This document shows, in pieces, positions 20,052 through 32,900 of a stretch of DNA of 50,546 bases. Origin of the DNA: Ignavibacteria bacterium (lineage in GTDB: Bacteria > Elusimicrobiota > Endomicrobiia > PHAN01); assembly GCA_041694835.1 (NCBI GenBank), contig JBGFRZ010000048.1:1-50546 (forward strand), written 5' to 3'. The notes beneath the pieces are model-generated. The model ran no database searches. It was not told the DNA's origin and worked only from the letters and a program-made list of their open reading frames with translations. The number at the start of each line of letters is the position of its first letter. The stretch's first letter is position 1. The position numbers and the translations under genes are program-made.

Positions 20052-20968
20052 TGAAACAGAGATTAGAAAATAGGGACATCTGGCTCACCGAGTACTTTAC
20101 CCCGGAAGAAAAACACTCGCACAAGATAAAAAAATATCTCGTAGCGAAAAAAACGAAGTTCCAGGACATGATACTCGCTGACTCGATTTCTTTTGAAAGA
20201 TGCCTCGTTCTGGACGGAGAGATGCAGTCTGCCCAATTCGACGAATTCATATATCACGAATCGCTTGTCCACCCCGCCATGATGATAAACAGAAAACCGA
20301 AAGACATCCTCATAATGGGCGGAGGAGAGGGCGCAACAGCCAGGGAACTTTTAAGATATCCGTCGGTAAAAAAAATAGTAATGGTCGATATCGACGGAGA
20401 AGTCGTGGATTTCTGCAAAAAGTATCTCAAAGAATGGCATCGGGGGGCTTACGACAGTCCGAAAGTAAAACTTATTATCGACGATGCAAAAAGATATGTT
20501 GAAGAAACAAAAGAGAAATTCGATGTGATAATATCCGATCTCCCCACCCCGATAGAAGGCGGTCCAGCGTATCAACTCTATACCTCGGAGTTCTACAGAA
20601 CGCTCAAAGTAAAACTGAAAAGAGGGGGCATCTTCGCCCTCCAGGCGGGTTCGGGAAATCCTCTACAGATAAAATTTCACAAGCTCCTTTACGCCACCTT
20701 GAAAAAAATTTTCAAGAATGTCTCGGCTTATTACGCCTATGTGCCAAGCTTTGATGTTCCATGGGCGTTCATAATTGCTTCGGACGTCCCGCAGGATATA
20801 AAACCTGATTGTATAACCAAAAAAATCGGCAAACTGAAAGGCTGCTTGAAGTTTTACGATGCCTCCACCCATATAGGACTATTCAAAATACCGAAGTTCT
20901 ACAGAACAATCCTTGCCTCGGAAAAAGACATAATATCCACCCAAAAACCGGTCTACTTCTTCAAATGA
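20051..20968 (+). CDS. speE: Polyamine aminopropyltransferase (spermidine synthase)
   Basis: DEFIYHESLVHP, GGGEG, VDID, DVIISD. Confidence 0.93.
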   Translation: MKQRLENRDIWLTEYFTPEEKHSHKIKKYLVAKKTKFQDMILADSISFERCLVLDGEMQSAQFDEFIYHESLVHPAMMINRKPKDILIMGGGEGATARELLRYPSVKKIVMVDIDGEVVDFCKKYLKEWHRGAYDSPKVKLIIDDAKRYVEETKEKFDVIISDLPTPIEGGPAYQLYTSEFYRTLKVKLKRGGIFALQAGSGNPLQIKFHKLLYATLKKIFKNVSAYYAYVPSFDVPWAFIIASDVPQDIKPDCITKKIGKLKGCLKFYDASTHIGLFKIPKFYRTILASEKDIISTQKPVYFFK

Positions 20969-22419
20969 AACAGGACAAAACACCGCTTTTCGACACCCTT
21001 CTGAACCACGCTAAAAGGCGGGTGACTTCTTTCCACACACCTGGACACAAAAACGGTCAGAGTATAGAAAAAAAACTGAAAAGTTTTACCGGAAAAAACA
21101 TCTATTATTTCGACGTGACCGTTTTTCCCGAGGTGGATTCGCTTCATGATCCGACGGGGCCGATAAAAAAGGCGCAGGAACTGATGGCCGGCGCCTACGG
21201 TGTAGATCACTCATTTTTCCTCATAAATGGCTCCTCTTCCGGCAACATCGCTATGCTTCTTGCCACATTGAGGCCCGGCGAATCTGTGATTATCTCGAGA
21301 AATGCCCATAAATCTGTGCTCGCCGGCGTAATACTTTCAGGCGTCTGGCCAATATGGCTTCAGCCCAACATCGACGACAAACACAAAATAATATACAACT
21401 CCTCGCCTGAACAGATAGAAGATGCTCTTGATAAATTCCCGGAAGCGAAAGCCGTATTCGTAACATCGCCCACATACAATGGAGTAGTCACGGATCTTTT
21501 CAAAATCGCCGAGATTTGCCACAGAAGGGGAAAGCTCCTTCTTGTCGATGAAGCCCACGGTCCGCACTTGAAATTTCACAAGGACCTACCCGTTTCGGCG
21601 GTTGAAGCCGCGGCGGATATATGCGTCCAGTCGACCCACAAAATTCTTTCGGCGATATCGCAAGGCTCGGTTCTTCATGTGAACTCTCTGCTTGTCGATG
21701 TAAACGTGCTCAAAAAAGTCGTTTCGCTTCTGCAAACAACTTCTCCCAACTATCTTACGCTCGCATCTATTGATCTTGCGAGATTTCAGGCGGTGATAAA
21801 AGGTGAAAAGATGCTTGATAAAGTGATAAAGTTAGCCACCAGCGCGCGCGAACGAATAAACCGTCTCGGAACGTTTAGCTGTTTTACGAGAAAAGACATC
21901 CAGAAAGGCGGCTACGACCTTGATGTCACAAAACTTACAATTGACGTGTCAAAGACGCACATGAACGGCTATCAGATTGAAGAGCTCCTCGCAAAAGAGT
22001 ATAATGTGCAAGTGGACTGCGCCGACACTTTCAATTTGATAGCGATAATGGGGATAGGTTCTACAAGGAAGGACGTCAACGAACTGGTAAACGCCCTCGA
22101 CGACATTGAAAAAAAATACGCAAAAAAATCGGCGACGGAAGAAGAATCCATAAAAATTCCATCCCTGGCCACGGAACTTGTGATGACGCCGCGAGATGTG
22201 TTTTTCAGTGCGAAAACCAAAAGAATATCGCTTATGAACGCGACGGGACACATATCGGCGCAAACGCTTACTCCGTATCCGCCGGGGATACCGGTACTGA
22301 TTCCCGGCGAGCGCATAACCGTCGAGATATGCGAGTACATATCCGAACTTGTGCAGAAAAAAATAAGAATAAGCGGGCAGGAAACGGAGTCGCTTAAAAC
22401 CATAAAAGTCGTAGCATAA
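20965..22419 (+). CDS. PLP-dependent Arg/Lys/Orn decarboxylase (fold type I)
   Basis: FHTPGHK, RNAHKS, VDEAHG, QSTHK, PYPPGIP. ATG 20965 overlaps the speE stop. Confidence 0.92.
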   Translation: MKQDKTPLFDTLLNHAKRRVTSFHTPGHKNGQSIEKKLKSFTGKNIYYFDVTVFPEVDSLHDPTGPIKKAQELMAGAYGVDHSFFLINGSSSGNIAMLLATLRPGESVIISRNAHKSVLAGVILSGVWPIWLQPNIDDKHKIIYNSSPEQIEDALDKFPEAKAVFVTSPTYNGVVTDLFKIAEICHRRGKLLLVDEAHGPHLKFHKDLPVSAVEAAADICVQSTHKILSAISQGSVLHVNSLLVDVNVLKKVVSLLQTTSPNYLTLASIDLARFQAVIKGEKMLDKVIKLATSARERINRLGTFSCFTRKDIQKGGYDLDVTKLTIDVSKTHMNGYQIEELLAKEYNVQVDCADTFNLIAIMGIGSTRKDVNELVNALDDIEKKYAKKSATEEESIKIPSLATELVMTPRDVFFSAKTKRISLMNATGHISAQTLTPYPPGIPVLIPGERITVEICEYISELVQKKIRISGQETESLKTIKVVA

Positions 22420-22427
22420 TAAGAGCA

Positions 22428-22720
22428 TTGACGCTCCGCTAAAACCTTGCCACGGAGTAGGAATAGGACGCAGATTTACAGGATTGTCACAGATTAAAAA
22501 CTTTACCACGAAATCACGAAAATTGGAAATCACAAAATTCTTTACAAGTATTTTCGTGTTTTTGCGCTTTCGTGGTTCAAATCTTTTTTCATCTGCGTTT
22601 ATCTGCGTCCAAAAATAAAAAAGTGGTTGTAGAAATAGGACGCAGATTTTTGCAGATGAGTTTATAGTTGCTTTAATCCGCGTTTATCAAAGTTGTTTCT
22701 GCGTTCATCTGCGTTCAATT
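22428..22720. repeat. Composite of a MITE end and nested ACGCAGAT and CACGAA hairpin repeats
   Basis: 22437-22474 identical to 50485-50522; 22497-22580 is an inverted relative of 9920-10058; 22637-22718 is an inverted copy of 3933-4014. Confidence 0.8.
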
Positions 22721-22827
22721 ATTTTTTAGGGTGCGGACTTTTGCAGAATATAAAGCACAAGAAATAGCGCAGATTTTTACTTATGTGCTTATGTGCTTAA
22801 TGTGTACGCTAATAAAAAGGAGAAGAT

Positions 22828-23163
22828 ATGAAAAAATCGGAACTGCTAAAATTCCAAAAATCGCTGAAAGAAAAAAGGAAAAGGATTCTCGAATTTATAA
22901 TGAAGAAAAAGAGCAATGACATTATTGAGGCAGAAATATCCGATGACGACCGTGTTGAGTCCTCGATTGAAAAAGACTTGTTTTTCAACATATCAAACAA
23001 CGAGGAACTAATACTGGACGATATAGATCACGCACTAAAAAAAATAGAGAAGGGGGGATTCGGCGACTGCGAGAGCTGCGGCAATCCGGTATCTCAGAAG
23101 CGCCTCAAATCAATACCCTGGGTTAGATACTGCATAGCCTGCCAGCGCGCCGCCGAAAAGTAG
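22828..23163 (+). CDS. TraR/DksA-family C4 zinc-finger protein
   Basis: Coiled coil, then GFGDCESCGNPV..RL..IPW..YCIACQ. Confidence 0.88.
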   Translation: MKKSELLKFQKSLKEKRKRILEFIMKKKSNDIIEAEISDDDRVESSIEKDLFFNISNNEELILDDIDHALKKIEKGGFGDCESCGNPVSQKRLKSIPWVRYCIACQRAAEK

Positions 23164-23232
23164 TTTTGCCTCAAATGTAAAAGCTCGTAAAACTATCCTT
23201 TGGACCATCCTGCGTTTTTTAATAAAAAACAC

Positions 23233-23317
23233 TTGACTTTTCACAAAAAATCTGCTATAGATATCATATAAAACAAGAAGTATAATGTTTAATTGATATT
23301 TTTGACAATATACTTCG
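23233..23317 (+). promoter_or_regulatory. Putative sigma-70 promoter with downstream inverted repeat
   Basis: TTGACT-17-TATAGA with TGn; GAAGTATA...TATACTTC; paralogous to 37215-37293. Confidence 0.65.
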
Positions 23318-23349
23318 CGAACAAACTCAAATAACCACGGAGGTGCTGC

Positions 23350-23949
23350 GTGCCAAGAAAACTTTTAAAAATCTCTGAAGCGGCCAAAGTTGTAGGGGTC
23401 TTGCCATCGACGATAAGATATTACACCGACAGCGGTCTGTTGAAATTCAAGGGCGAGACGAAGGGCGGACACAGACTTTACGATGTTAACGATGTGACTG
23501 TTGTCGTCAATAAGATAAAGTTTTTATCTGCGAAAGGTCTTTTGATTGAGGAGATAAAAAAAGAACTCTCCGATTCGCTCCAAAGCAAAAAGATACTCGT
23601 AATAGACGACGAGCCCGAGGTGGGTAATCTCGTCAAAGACATCTGCGCCGAAAAATTTCACGATACCGAGGTGAAAATAGTATATGATGGATTTACCGCA
23701 GGAAGAATCCTTTCGGAATATCTGCCCGACTTGATAATACTTGACTTGATGCTGCCGGGAATAAACGGATTTGGAGTTTGCCGCCAGATAAGAACAAGCG
23801 AATACTTAAAAGGTGTTAAAATTCTGGCTGTAACGGGTTATGACACGACGGAAAATAGAGAGCGGATAATTTCCTCTGGCGCTGACGACTATCTGGCGAA
23901 ACCTCTTGAAGTGGCGACATTAACGGAGAAGATAAAGAAGATGATGTAG
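23350..23949 (+). CDS. MerR-type HTH plus receiver-domain regulator
   Basis: ISEAAKVVGVLPSTIRYY, GGHRLY; ILVIDDE, DLMLP, KP. GTG start after GGAGG. Confidence 0.9.
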   Translation: MPRKLLKISEAAKVVGVLPSTIRYYTDSGLLKFKGETKGGHRLYDVNDVTVVVNKIKFLSAKGLLIEEIKKELSDSLQSKKILVIDDEPEVGNLVKDICAEKFHDTEVKIVYDGFTAGRILSEYLPDLIILDLMLPGINGFGVCRQIRTSEYLKGVKILAVTGYDTTENRERIISSGADDYLAKPLEVATLTEKIKKMM

Positions 23950-23985
23950 AAAAATATCTTGCGATTTAAGCCGGTTTTTAATTAA

Positions 23986-26900
23986 ATGCCGCAAAAAAAA
24001 CTTTTGACTATCGCCGCGCTTGTTATGTTCGTTTTCTGTTGCCGACTCTCCTACGCCACGACGCCCAATACTATAGCAATAGACGCCGCTCTCGGCGACT
24101 GGCACAGCAACGAAGCGCTTGGAACTTCTTCCGGCAGGCAGGCATATTTTACATGGGATGCAAATAATTTTTATCTTGGCTTCAACAGAAACAGTACTTT
24201 TGAAAATACGGACATTGTTTGGATATACATAAGTACCGTTTCGCCAACATCTACATGGGGGACTTTTACTTCCGTTAACGCTGGCGGGACACATACTTTG
24301 CCGTTCAGAGCGGGTTGGGTCTATCTAAGAAAACCAAATGGGTCATACAATAACTTAAGAAGGTGGGATGGCACACAGTGGCTGTTGGACCAAACATGGA
24401 CAGGTACTGCAGCACAGGATTGGACTAATGGTAGAATAGAAGCAAGCATACCGCGCAGTAATATTGGCAATCCATCGTCAATAAGAATTGTTATTTTTAT
24501 TACAAATGATACAAACAACTGGGTTTTTGGGATTTCTCCGAGAGAAAACCCTGTGGATGCTGGAAGCGGAAGAGTTTTTGGACTTTCGTGGTATTATCCT
24601 AATGCCGCGGCAGGCGGGGTATTTCCAAACCTTGTCAGATATCGTTATCCGGGTGTGCTAATAGCCGATGTTTCTCCGGGTGCCGGCGCGGCCGGCAATG
24701 ACTACATATCGCTGTACAACCCGAATGATGAAAGTATTTTTTTGAGTAATTTGCAGGCGCATCATGGTTTACCAACCAATTTTTCTTTCAGATTACGAAC
24801 TTATAATGGCGCGACTGGAACCAATAAAACTTTGACAGTCGTATCAACAAACACTGTACTTTCAAGAGGGTTTACTTTATTGGCGTCCGGCACCCCGCCA
24901 AAAACGGCGGACATTACATTTTCTGCTGGATTGGATACGTCAGACGATGGGGTTGTTATAGCATATTCCACAACGACGACTTTCGGCAGTGATTTATGGA
25001 CATTGGTTGACCGTTTGGGATGGGGTGCGCAGGGTATAGCATTAGAGGGAACCGCGCTGGCAAATCCCGGGACAGCAGACAGTTTCCAACGAAAAGCATG
25101 GACGACCACTGCAAGTTCCGCTTCTATGAGAATGGATGGCGAGGACGCTTATGCCGGTCACTTCATGGATACTCACAACAATTCAAACGATTTTGTCACT
25201 CTAATCAGTTCATATATTTCATTTAATAGGTTAGATCCCCGCGAGGGCTTTCTGGGCCAGTCCTGGCATATACCCGACAATACTTCCGACCTCGGCGGCA
25301 CATCAATGCGCAACCCATTCGCCGCCGTCTATAAAAACACCGTTGTTAATGTGTATAATGGAAATCAGTTTCAAGGCAGTGGCAATCCCGGCGACCAAGG
25401 CGGGCTCACTCTTTATTACAAAAGCGTGACGGACGGCGCGTGGACGCAAATATCGGGTGTTTATGACTCAGTAAGCGGCAACAACAAATACTGGCGAGCC
25501 AATTTCACGAACACATGGACACGCGGGACGACGGTGCAGTATTATCTGAAAGTGGACTATGCCGACAGCCACGACCCGACTTATCTTTTCTGGATGAGTC
25601 CAAACGCAAGACGGTGTTATGAGATGTATGTCGCGTCCACAAGCCCTTACAGTTTTCTCGTTCTTAACACCACCCCGACAGTTCCGGGACTTACCTATCC
25701 CGTCGGCGGAGAAATTTTAATGATAAATAATCCCGTAAACATTTCTTGGAACAACTCCATCGACGCCGACGGGGATTCCATAAAATACATAGTAGAACTT
25801 TCCACCAACAATGGCTTAACATGGTCGGTTTTGACGGACACTCCGACGGCAAGTCCTTACGGATGGGTCCCGACCGAGGGACAAGCAAGCAATCAGTGCT
25901 TTATGAGAATACGTTCATCCGACACTTTTTCAGTTTCGGCTTCAAGTCAGAGCCAGGTGTTTATTATCAGTTCGGGCAATGAACCGCCCAACCCGCCGCC
26001 GGCTCTTGCTCAATTCGGTCCGGCGTGGCAGTCGTGGCCGGTCGGCGAGTGGAAGAATTTTCAACAAATCCGCGCCACCTTCACGCTTACCGACCCGAAC
26101 GGGGCGAATCAAGTAAGATTCAACATACAATTTAGCACCGCCCCCGATTTTTCTTACAATTTTGTGAGCGCGACATCGGCTTTTATGTCGCAGGGAACGA
26201 CGAATTATCTCACCGCGCTTTTGCCCGACGGAACATGGTATTGGCGGGTCCGATGTGGCGACGACTCCGGCGCTTCAAACGATTGGGGAACATACTCATC
26301 AATGACCGTCGTAAATAACCGCCATTTCGGTGTTGATAACTCTTCGCCGACACTGCCCGCCGCTCCGACGCTTTCCCGGGCGCACATTATGTCGGCTGGG
26401 TTGGACATTTCGTGGTCGGTCGCCGTGGACACATATTCGGGAGTGGCGAACTACAAAATATATCGCGCCACATACAATTTCGCCTCTGTAACCGGACCCA
26501 ATGTCACCCTTGTTGACACAATCTCCCATCCGACGACAACCAAACAAGACAGTGGTCTTTCGCCGAACACAACTTATTTTTACTGCCTAACAGCCACCGA
26601 CAATGTCGGCAACACCTCTATTAAAACCGCCAACGCGGAAATCCGCACGGCGCGCGTCGCGATAGACGGCGACGCCTCCGACTGGGCGACGGCGACGGAT
26701 GCCCCGCGGGTCGGTGAGTCCACGACAACACTCGTTTCCGTCGGCGGAAAAACGCCTTATTACGAATGGATCTGGCGCGACAAAGCGGGGGAACAGCGCA
26801 CTAATTCACCGCGCGACAGCCGCAATTTTGATTTGAGGTCTTTCAGGGTGACTGCCGACGAGGAATACATCTATTTTTATACGCGCTCTGACAATCTGAC

Positions 26901-29900
26901 CGACAAGGATTTTTACCACTTCTGCGTCGCTATAGATACAGGTGGAGCGACTGGACTCAACTGGCTCGGCGACGACTCCAACTCAAACACTAACAACGGC
27001 GCTGCTATGGGTCTCGGTAACGAATACGGCGGTGGGGCCATTAGAGCTGCGGCGATTCTTGCTTTTAGATTCATAAGTCCGGCGGGCACCGATTTCAGAA
27101 TACATATCTGGCGATATGGCGTCACAGGTTGGGACAATCCTGTAGTGGGTGGTGCGGGAAACACCGCCTGCTGGCTTACGACGCTTGCAGGCGGCTGGAT
27201 TGAGGCAAAAGTCAGACGCTCCGACATAGATGCTCTCGGAGAAAAAAGACTGAGGATTGCCGCTGCTGTTTTTGATAACAAACTTGGACTTATAGGTGAT
27301 GTGGATTCTTCAAGTAGCACAGCGCCTGGGATGCCGCCCGATGCACTTGACTCAATGAGCATTCCCAGTTTTGGAAGGAACGACGAAAGGTGGACGATGA
27401 ACTCATGGATGGAAGATATTTCTGACTCTGACATTGACTTCTGGGCTGAAATCAGATTGAGCTCTTCAGGGCTTAAAGGCAATACCCAGCCAGCTGCTCC
27501 AACGCTTTCTTCTCCTGAAAATGGTGCCACCGTTTATATCAGCACGCCGACGCTTCAATGGAGTGCTCCGAGCGACCCCGACAGCGCTGACGGAGATTTA
27601 GTCACTTCATATATGCTCGAAATCTCAACTGCATCGGATATGTCGGCGATGTATTGGAGAACCAATGTAAGCAGCACAGTCGGCGCCACACAATCATGGA
27701 CAGTCCACGAAGGCATTCTGTTGTTGGAAACGTATTACTGGCGGGTGGCTGCAAGAGACAAAAGTGGAGCCGTCTCGGACTTTTCATCTATTCGCTCTTT
27801 TACCGTCAATACAGCAAAACCCTCGTTTGATTACGTATGGCCCGTTAGATATTCAACAGTGCCTCATTCGGGAGCGGGAGGCGGTGTAAACAACAACTAC
27901 TACTTAACAGCCGGCAATACAATTCAGATTTATCTACGAAGTTACGGCATCTCACCGAAAACAATAACCGTAGATGGAGATATAAGCGATTGGACGGGAA
28001 CCCCTGCCCCATCCATTCACAGCAGAGTAATAAGTGATAACGAATGGATATATACCGGCGCAAAAGGGGATACAAGAACAGATGCAGCCGTTATTGCAGA
28101 TGTTCATAATGTTGATATTACAGAAGTCAGAGTCGCAAAAGATGCCAACAACCTATATCTGTTAATCAAATCAAGCGATATAACGGACACTACCAGAGTC
28201 CACTATGCCGTAGGGTTTGATACGGACGGCGATTTAACGAACGGATTAACATGGATTGGCGACAACTCCGCCTCGCCGACTGCCGTGCAAGACAACACGC
28301 ATGGCGGTATATCTCTTACAACGGGCAGAGCAAGAGTTGATAGGCAATATTTATTGCATAACGCTGGCGGCGTTTTTCGGGTAGAACGGTGGGGCGGTAG
28401 CAACTGGCTAAATGACCCTGCCAACGAATCCGGATTATATGGAACAAGAATATCCGCCGCGAATGACGTCGTTGAATCAAGTTTTTCTTTGAGCGGTTTG
28501 GGGATTACTTCTACAAGCACACTCCGGATTGTAATTATGAGTTTTGTTGATAATCCAGGGTGGGCTAACGATATTGACACTACAAAGAGCATTGGTTCTA
28601 CTCCACCTTCCGACGCTGTTGATGGTGCATGGGGAAGATACGGCGAAGCAGTTACTTTCTGGGACAGGGAGATGAGCGATGGTTCAATAGATAACTGCAT
28701 GGAAGTCCGTCTAGGTGGGGAATTAGCAAGTACTATCGCCGATTTCAGTTTTACTATCAATAACAGCACAAGTTGGATAAACATAGCAAGTAATGTTTCA
28801 ACCCCATATGAAACCAAATGGGGCAATACCCCCGGTCCATTATTTACTAATGCTCCTGATTCATCAACGGGCTGTGTCGTCGGAATACGAGCAGTAGATA
28901 GTGGGGGCAACGCAGTGACGCATCTTGTCGCATTTCACTACTGGAAAGGCGGCCCACCAGACAGAATCACGAATTTATCATCGCTCACAGGCACGCTGCC
29001 TGGTGAAATACGGCTTTCATGGACCGCCCCCGGCGATGATGGTTATATCGGTAATATCACAGGCGGGTTCTACAGAATCAAATGGGCAACGATGACAGTT
29101 TCCGACTGGGACGCTGGAACCTGGACGGACTGGGCAAATAGATTTTCTCTTGAATTTTCGACAGATGCCGTTGTTTCATCCACACACGCAAGAATTGTAA
29201 CAGAACTAACAGAAGGAGTTACTTATTTTTTCAGAATTTGGACGCGCGACGAAAACCCGAACAACTGGTCGACGATATCTATTCCCGGGGCAACGACCTG
29301 GGTGCGCATAGATGATATGGCGCCTGCGGCAATAACCAATCTTTCGGCGCTTCACGCAATGGACGGAACGGGTATAGTAACTCTGACCTGGACCGCTCCA
29401 AGTGAAGATGGTGCTTTTGGCGGTGCGGCCACTTCTTACACCATCAAATACGCCACCTGGAACTTTACTAATTTCTGGGACCATCCGAATGTCTCAACCT
29501 GGACAATCCGAGTTCCTGTCCCTGCCGCGCCGGGCACAACTCAGACGCTCAGAATAATATCGTTAAACAACAACACGACTTACTTTTTCCATATAAGAAC
29601 AACCGACGACAAAGGCAATGTTTCGCCGATTGATATGGGCCCTGTCGCCAACTGCTATGTTCAGCATATAGTCATCAGCGAGATTCAAATTGACGGAGCC
29701 ACCGCTCTGGATGAGTTCGTTGAGTTGTATAATCCTCTTGGAACTGCAATTGATTTAAGTACCTGGCTAACAAGATTATTCCGCAGGAATTCCGCCGGGA
29801 CAGATGCCAGTATGGCGATAACATGGCTCAATTCCACTATACCGGCGAAAGGATACTTATTGCTGGTCGCAACCAGCACCGCGGGTTCTTACATGGGAAG

Positions 29901-32900
29901 TGTTGCTCCCGATGCCACATACACAGTAGCAACAAATAATATGGTCCCAGATGGCGCAATTTATATAAGCACCCAAACCACGGCCACACCTGTTTGGTCG
30001 GGTACGCCGGGCCCCTGGGGATATGTCGCCGTTGACCTCGTCGGATATGGCGCTCAACCCGCCGGCGGTTTTGAGGGCACAGCTCATCCGCAAGGGACAA
30101 TAGCCGCCAATCGCTCGTTAGAAAGACGGGCATTAGCAGGCGCAGACCCTACGACGCCGCCCGGTCTTGGGCAAGGAAATTCCTGGGACACCAATAACAA
30201 CGCTGCTGATTTCGTCTATACGACGGCATCCAATCCGCAGAACTCTGCATCCCCGAGAGAGCCGGACACAACACCACCTAATGCCGTCACCAATCTGAGC
30301 GCTTTAACAGGCGCCGCTAACGGTCATATCTGGCTTAACTGGACTGCCCCTTCTGACAACAACGCAAACAACGACGCATCAGGCATTTGGTCGTATGACA
30401 TACGATACCGCACCGACGGGGAAGTTACCGACGGAAACTGGTCGACGGCAACACAGATTGCTAACGAACCCTCGCCTGCCACGCCAGGCGCCCAACAGTG
30501 GCTGCTTGTCACGGGACTTGTTCAAGATGTGACTTATTATTTCAAAATAAGAGTCGCCGACAACGCGGACAATAACTCCACGCTTTCAAACTCGGCATTT
30601 ACCTATGCGCAATCAAGTGGCGCTATTTTAATCAACGAAGTCGCCCCGGCGTCAAGTCCCAATTTCGTTGAATTTCTTGTCACAAAACCCGGCTGTTTCA
30701 GAGGTCTCCAGTTTTATGGCTTGAGCACTGCCGCTGGTGGTATTATAGAACTGAAAACTTTTCCTACGAGCGGTGTCTGGAATATACCCCTCCCCGCGGG
30801 CACATACATAGTTTTCAATCTGACCACAGGTACCGACGAAACATCTATCAGCGCAGGTCGGATAAATCTCTTCCATCCGACAGCCACATCAATTGTTGCC
30901 AGCGACAATAATTTTATTATCTCTGACTCTTTCGGATTATCTATCAGCGGAACCGGGGAGGCAAGAGCTTATGCTTCGGGCGCAGTTATAGATTATGTCG
31001 TTTATGAAGACCAAAACACTACAAGAGCAACGGGCATAATATCTACTAAAGGAACGATGATCGCTCAGGGGCAATGGTCAAGCATAGTTGACACTGCAGT
31101 CCACGAGCCACTGGCGTTTGATGCACAGACATCCCGTGGAATAACTGGCGCAAACTCGGTTGCAAGAAGCACTCCGACGGCAGACACCAACTCCAAAGCC
31201 GACTGGTCATATCAACCGGTTTCAACAGGCGCAGCCAACTTGGCTTCAACGGCATATGCTGGTTTTGGAGTTTGCACAGCACTGCCCGTAGTCGCTCTGC
31301 CCAACACGAGCATAATTGCCACATTCACTTACACCGATACTACCGGCGCAGGTTCTTTCGCAGGCGACAATGTCAGGCACACTTATACAATAGACATATC
31401 TACCCACTGGCCAATTCCTCAGACGCATAGCCCTGGATTACTTGGTTTTACGACAAATACTTTTTCATTGCCAAGCGGCTATTTGATTTCTATAGCGACG
31501 CTTCCGGCAGGAGGATGGAGAATCATCGTGCCGCCCGGAGATATTGCCGGGGGCGCGACTCGTCTAATCACTTATCGGGGTCAAACGCCCACACTTGAGC
31601 AGACATATACATTTACCACCCGCACTGATTACAGAGGTGTCAATGTCGCAGAAGTCGGGGCCTCCTCACAGCCGGTGATAATCGTTGACGGCACCCCGCC
31701 GGGACCTGTCACCAATCTTTCGGCACTTCTGACGGGAGACCTTGAAATACGACTCTACTGGACGGCCCCGGGCAACAATAATTACATCGGACTACTGGAC
31801 GAAGGTTCCAGATTTCACATCGCATCAACTACTGTGTTAATTGACGCCCAAAATCCCGCATTCTGGGATGGCAGACGCGAGAACGCTGAAATTCAAATTT
31901 CAACTTCAGGCATAAATCCGGGGGTTTCTTTATCAACAGGACCTTATCTTTTAACCGACGGCACAACTTATTACTTCAGAATCTGGACAAGAGACAGGGC
32001 TGGCAACTGGTCGACTCTTTCAAACGGAGCGACAATTTTTGTCCGCGCCATACCGCCCGACCCGGTTAGTGTTTTTTCGGCGGCAAGCACAAATGTCGGA
32101 ACTATTGATTTATCATGGAATGCGACGGGCTCCGACGGCTCCGTCGGAGATATCACAGACGGCCGATTCGCCATCCAACGCTCCACCTGGGTCGGCGTTC
32201 TGTGGGATATTGCAAACGCGCAAATCAATTTTTCTACAAACATGGTGGCCGGCTCTGCCCAGATTTTTCGTGATTTTGGACTTGAGCCAGGCGCCACATA
32301 TTTCTACCGAATCTGGCTCAGAGATAGACACGTTACCGGTTGGTCGTCTCTTTCGGTCGGAGCAACTGCGGTAGTGTTGAGAAGTGTTGACGCCACGGGG
32401 GCATTTGTGGTCTATTACGATTCTTCAACTGCAACTTACCGACAAACACCAATGCTCCGCGGCTGGATGAACAACTATTTCTCAAGCGAGTATGCTATGG
32501 ATTTACTTGATGGTTCTGAACCCTTTGGAGACGGGCACTGGCGTTTTGTTTCTTGTCCGACAAGAAACGAAATGCTCGCTCTTGTCAACACACAAAAGGG
32601 TGCATCCAGGGCATTAAATGCTTTCGTTCACAATGGTTCAACCTGGACAAGAACACTTGTTACAGCTGCACTTGGAAGTGGAGCAGATTTTGCGTCTTAT
32701 GATATAGCGTATGAGCAGCTTAGCGGACGGGCAATCGTTGCTTACAGGCGAGATGCCACATCTGAAGGCAGACAGGTTGTTTATCAAATATGGAACGGTT
32801 CATCGTGGTCATCATTTCTAACTGCTACGGCGGACTTTGGAACGGGAAATACTATACAGTGGCTCAAACTTTATCCAAAATCTCAGACGAACGAAATAAT

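Noticed and set aside
22731-22919. 62-aa ORF
   Set aside because: Repeat-derived and overlaps the DksA/TraR gene out of frame.
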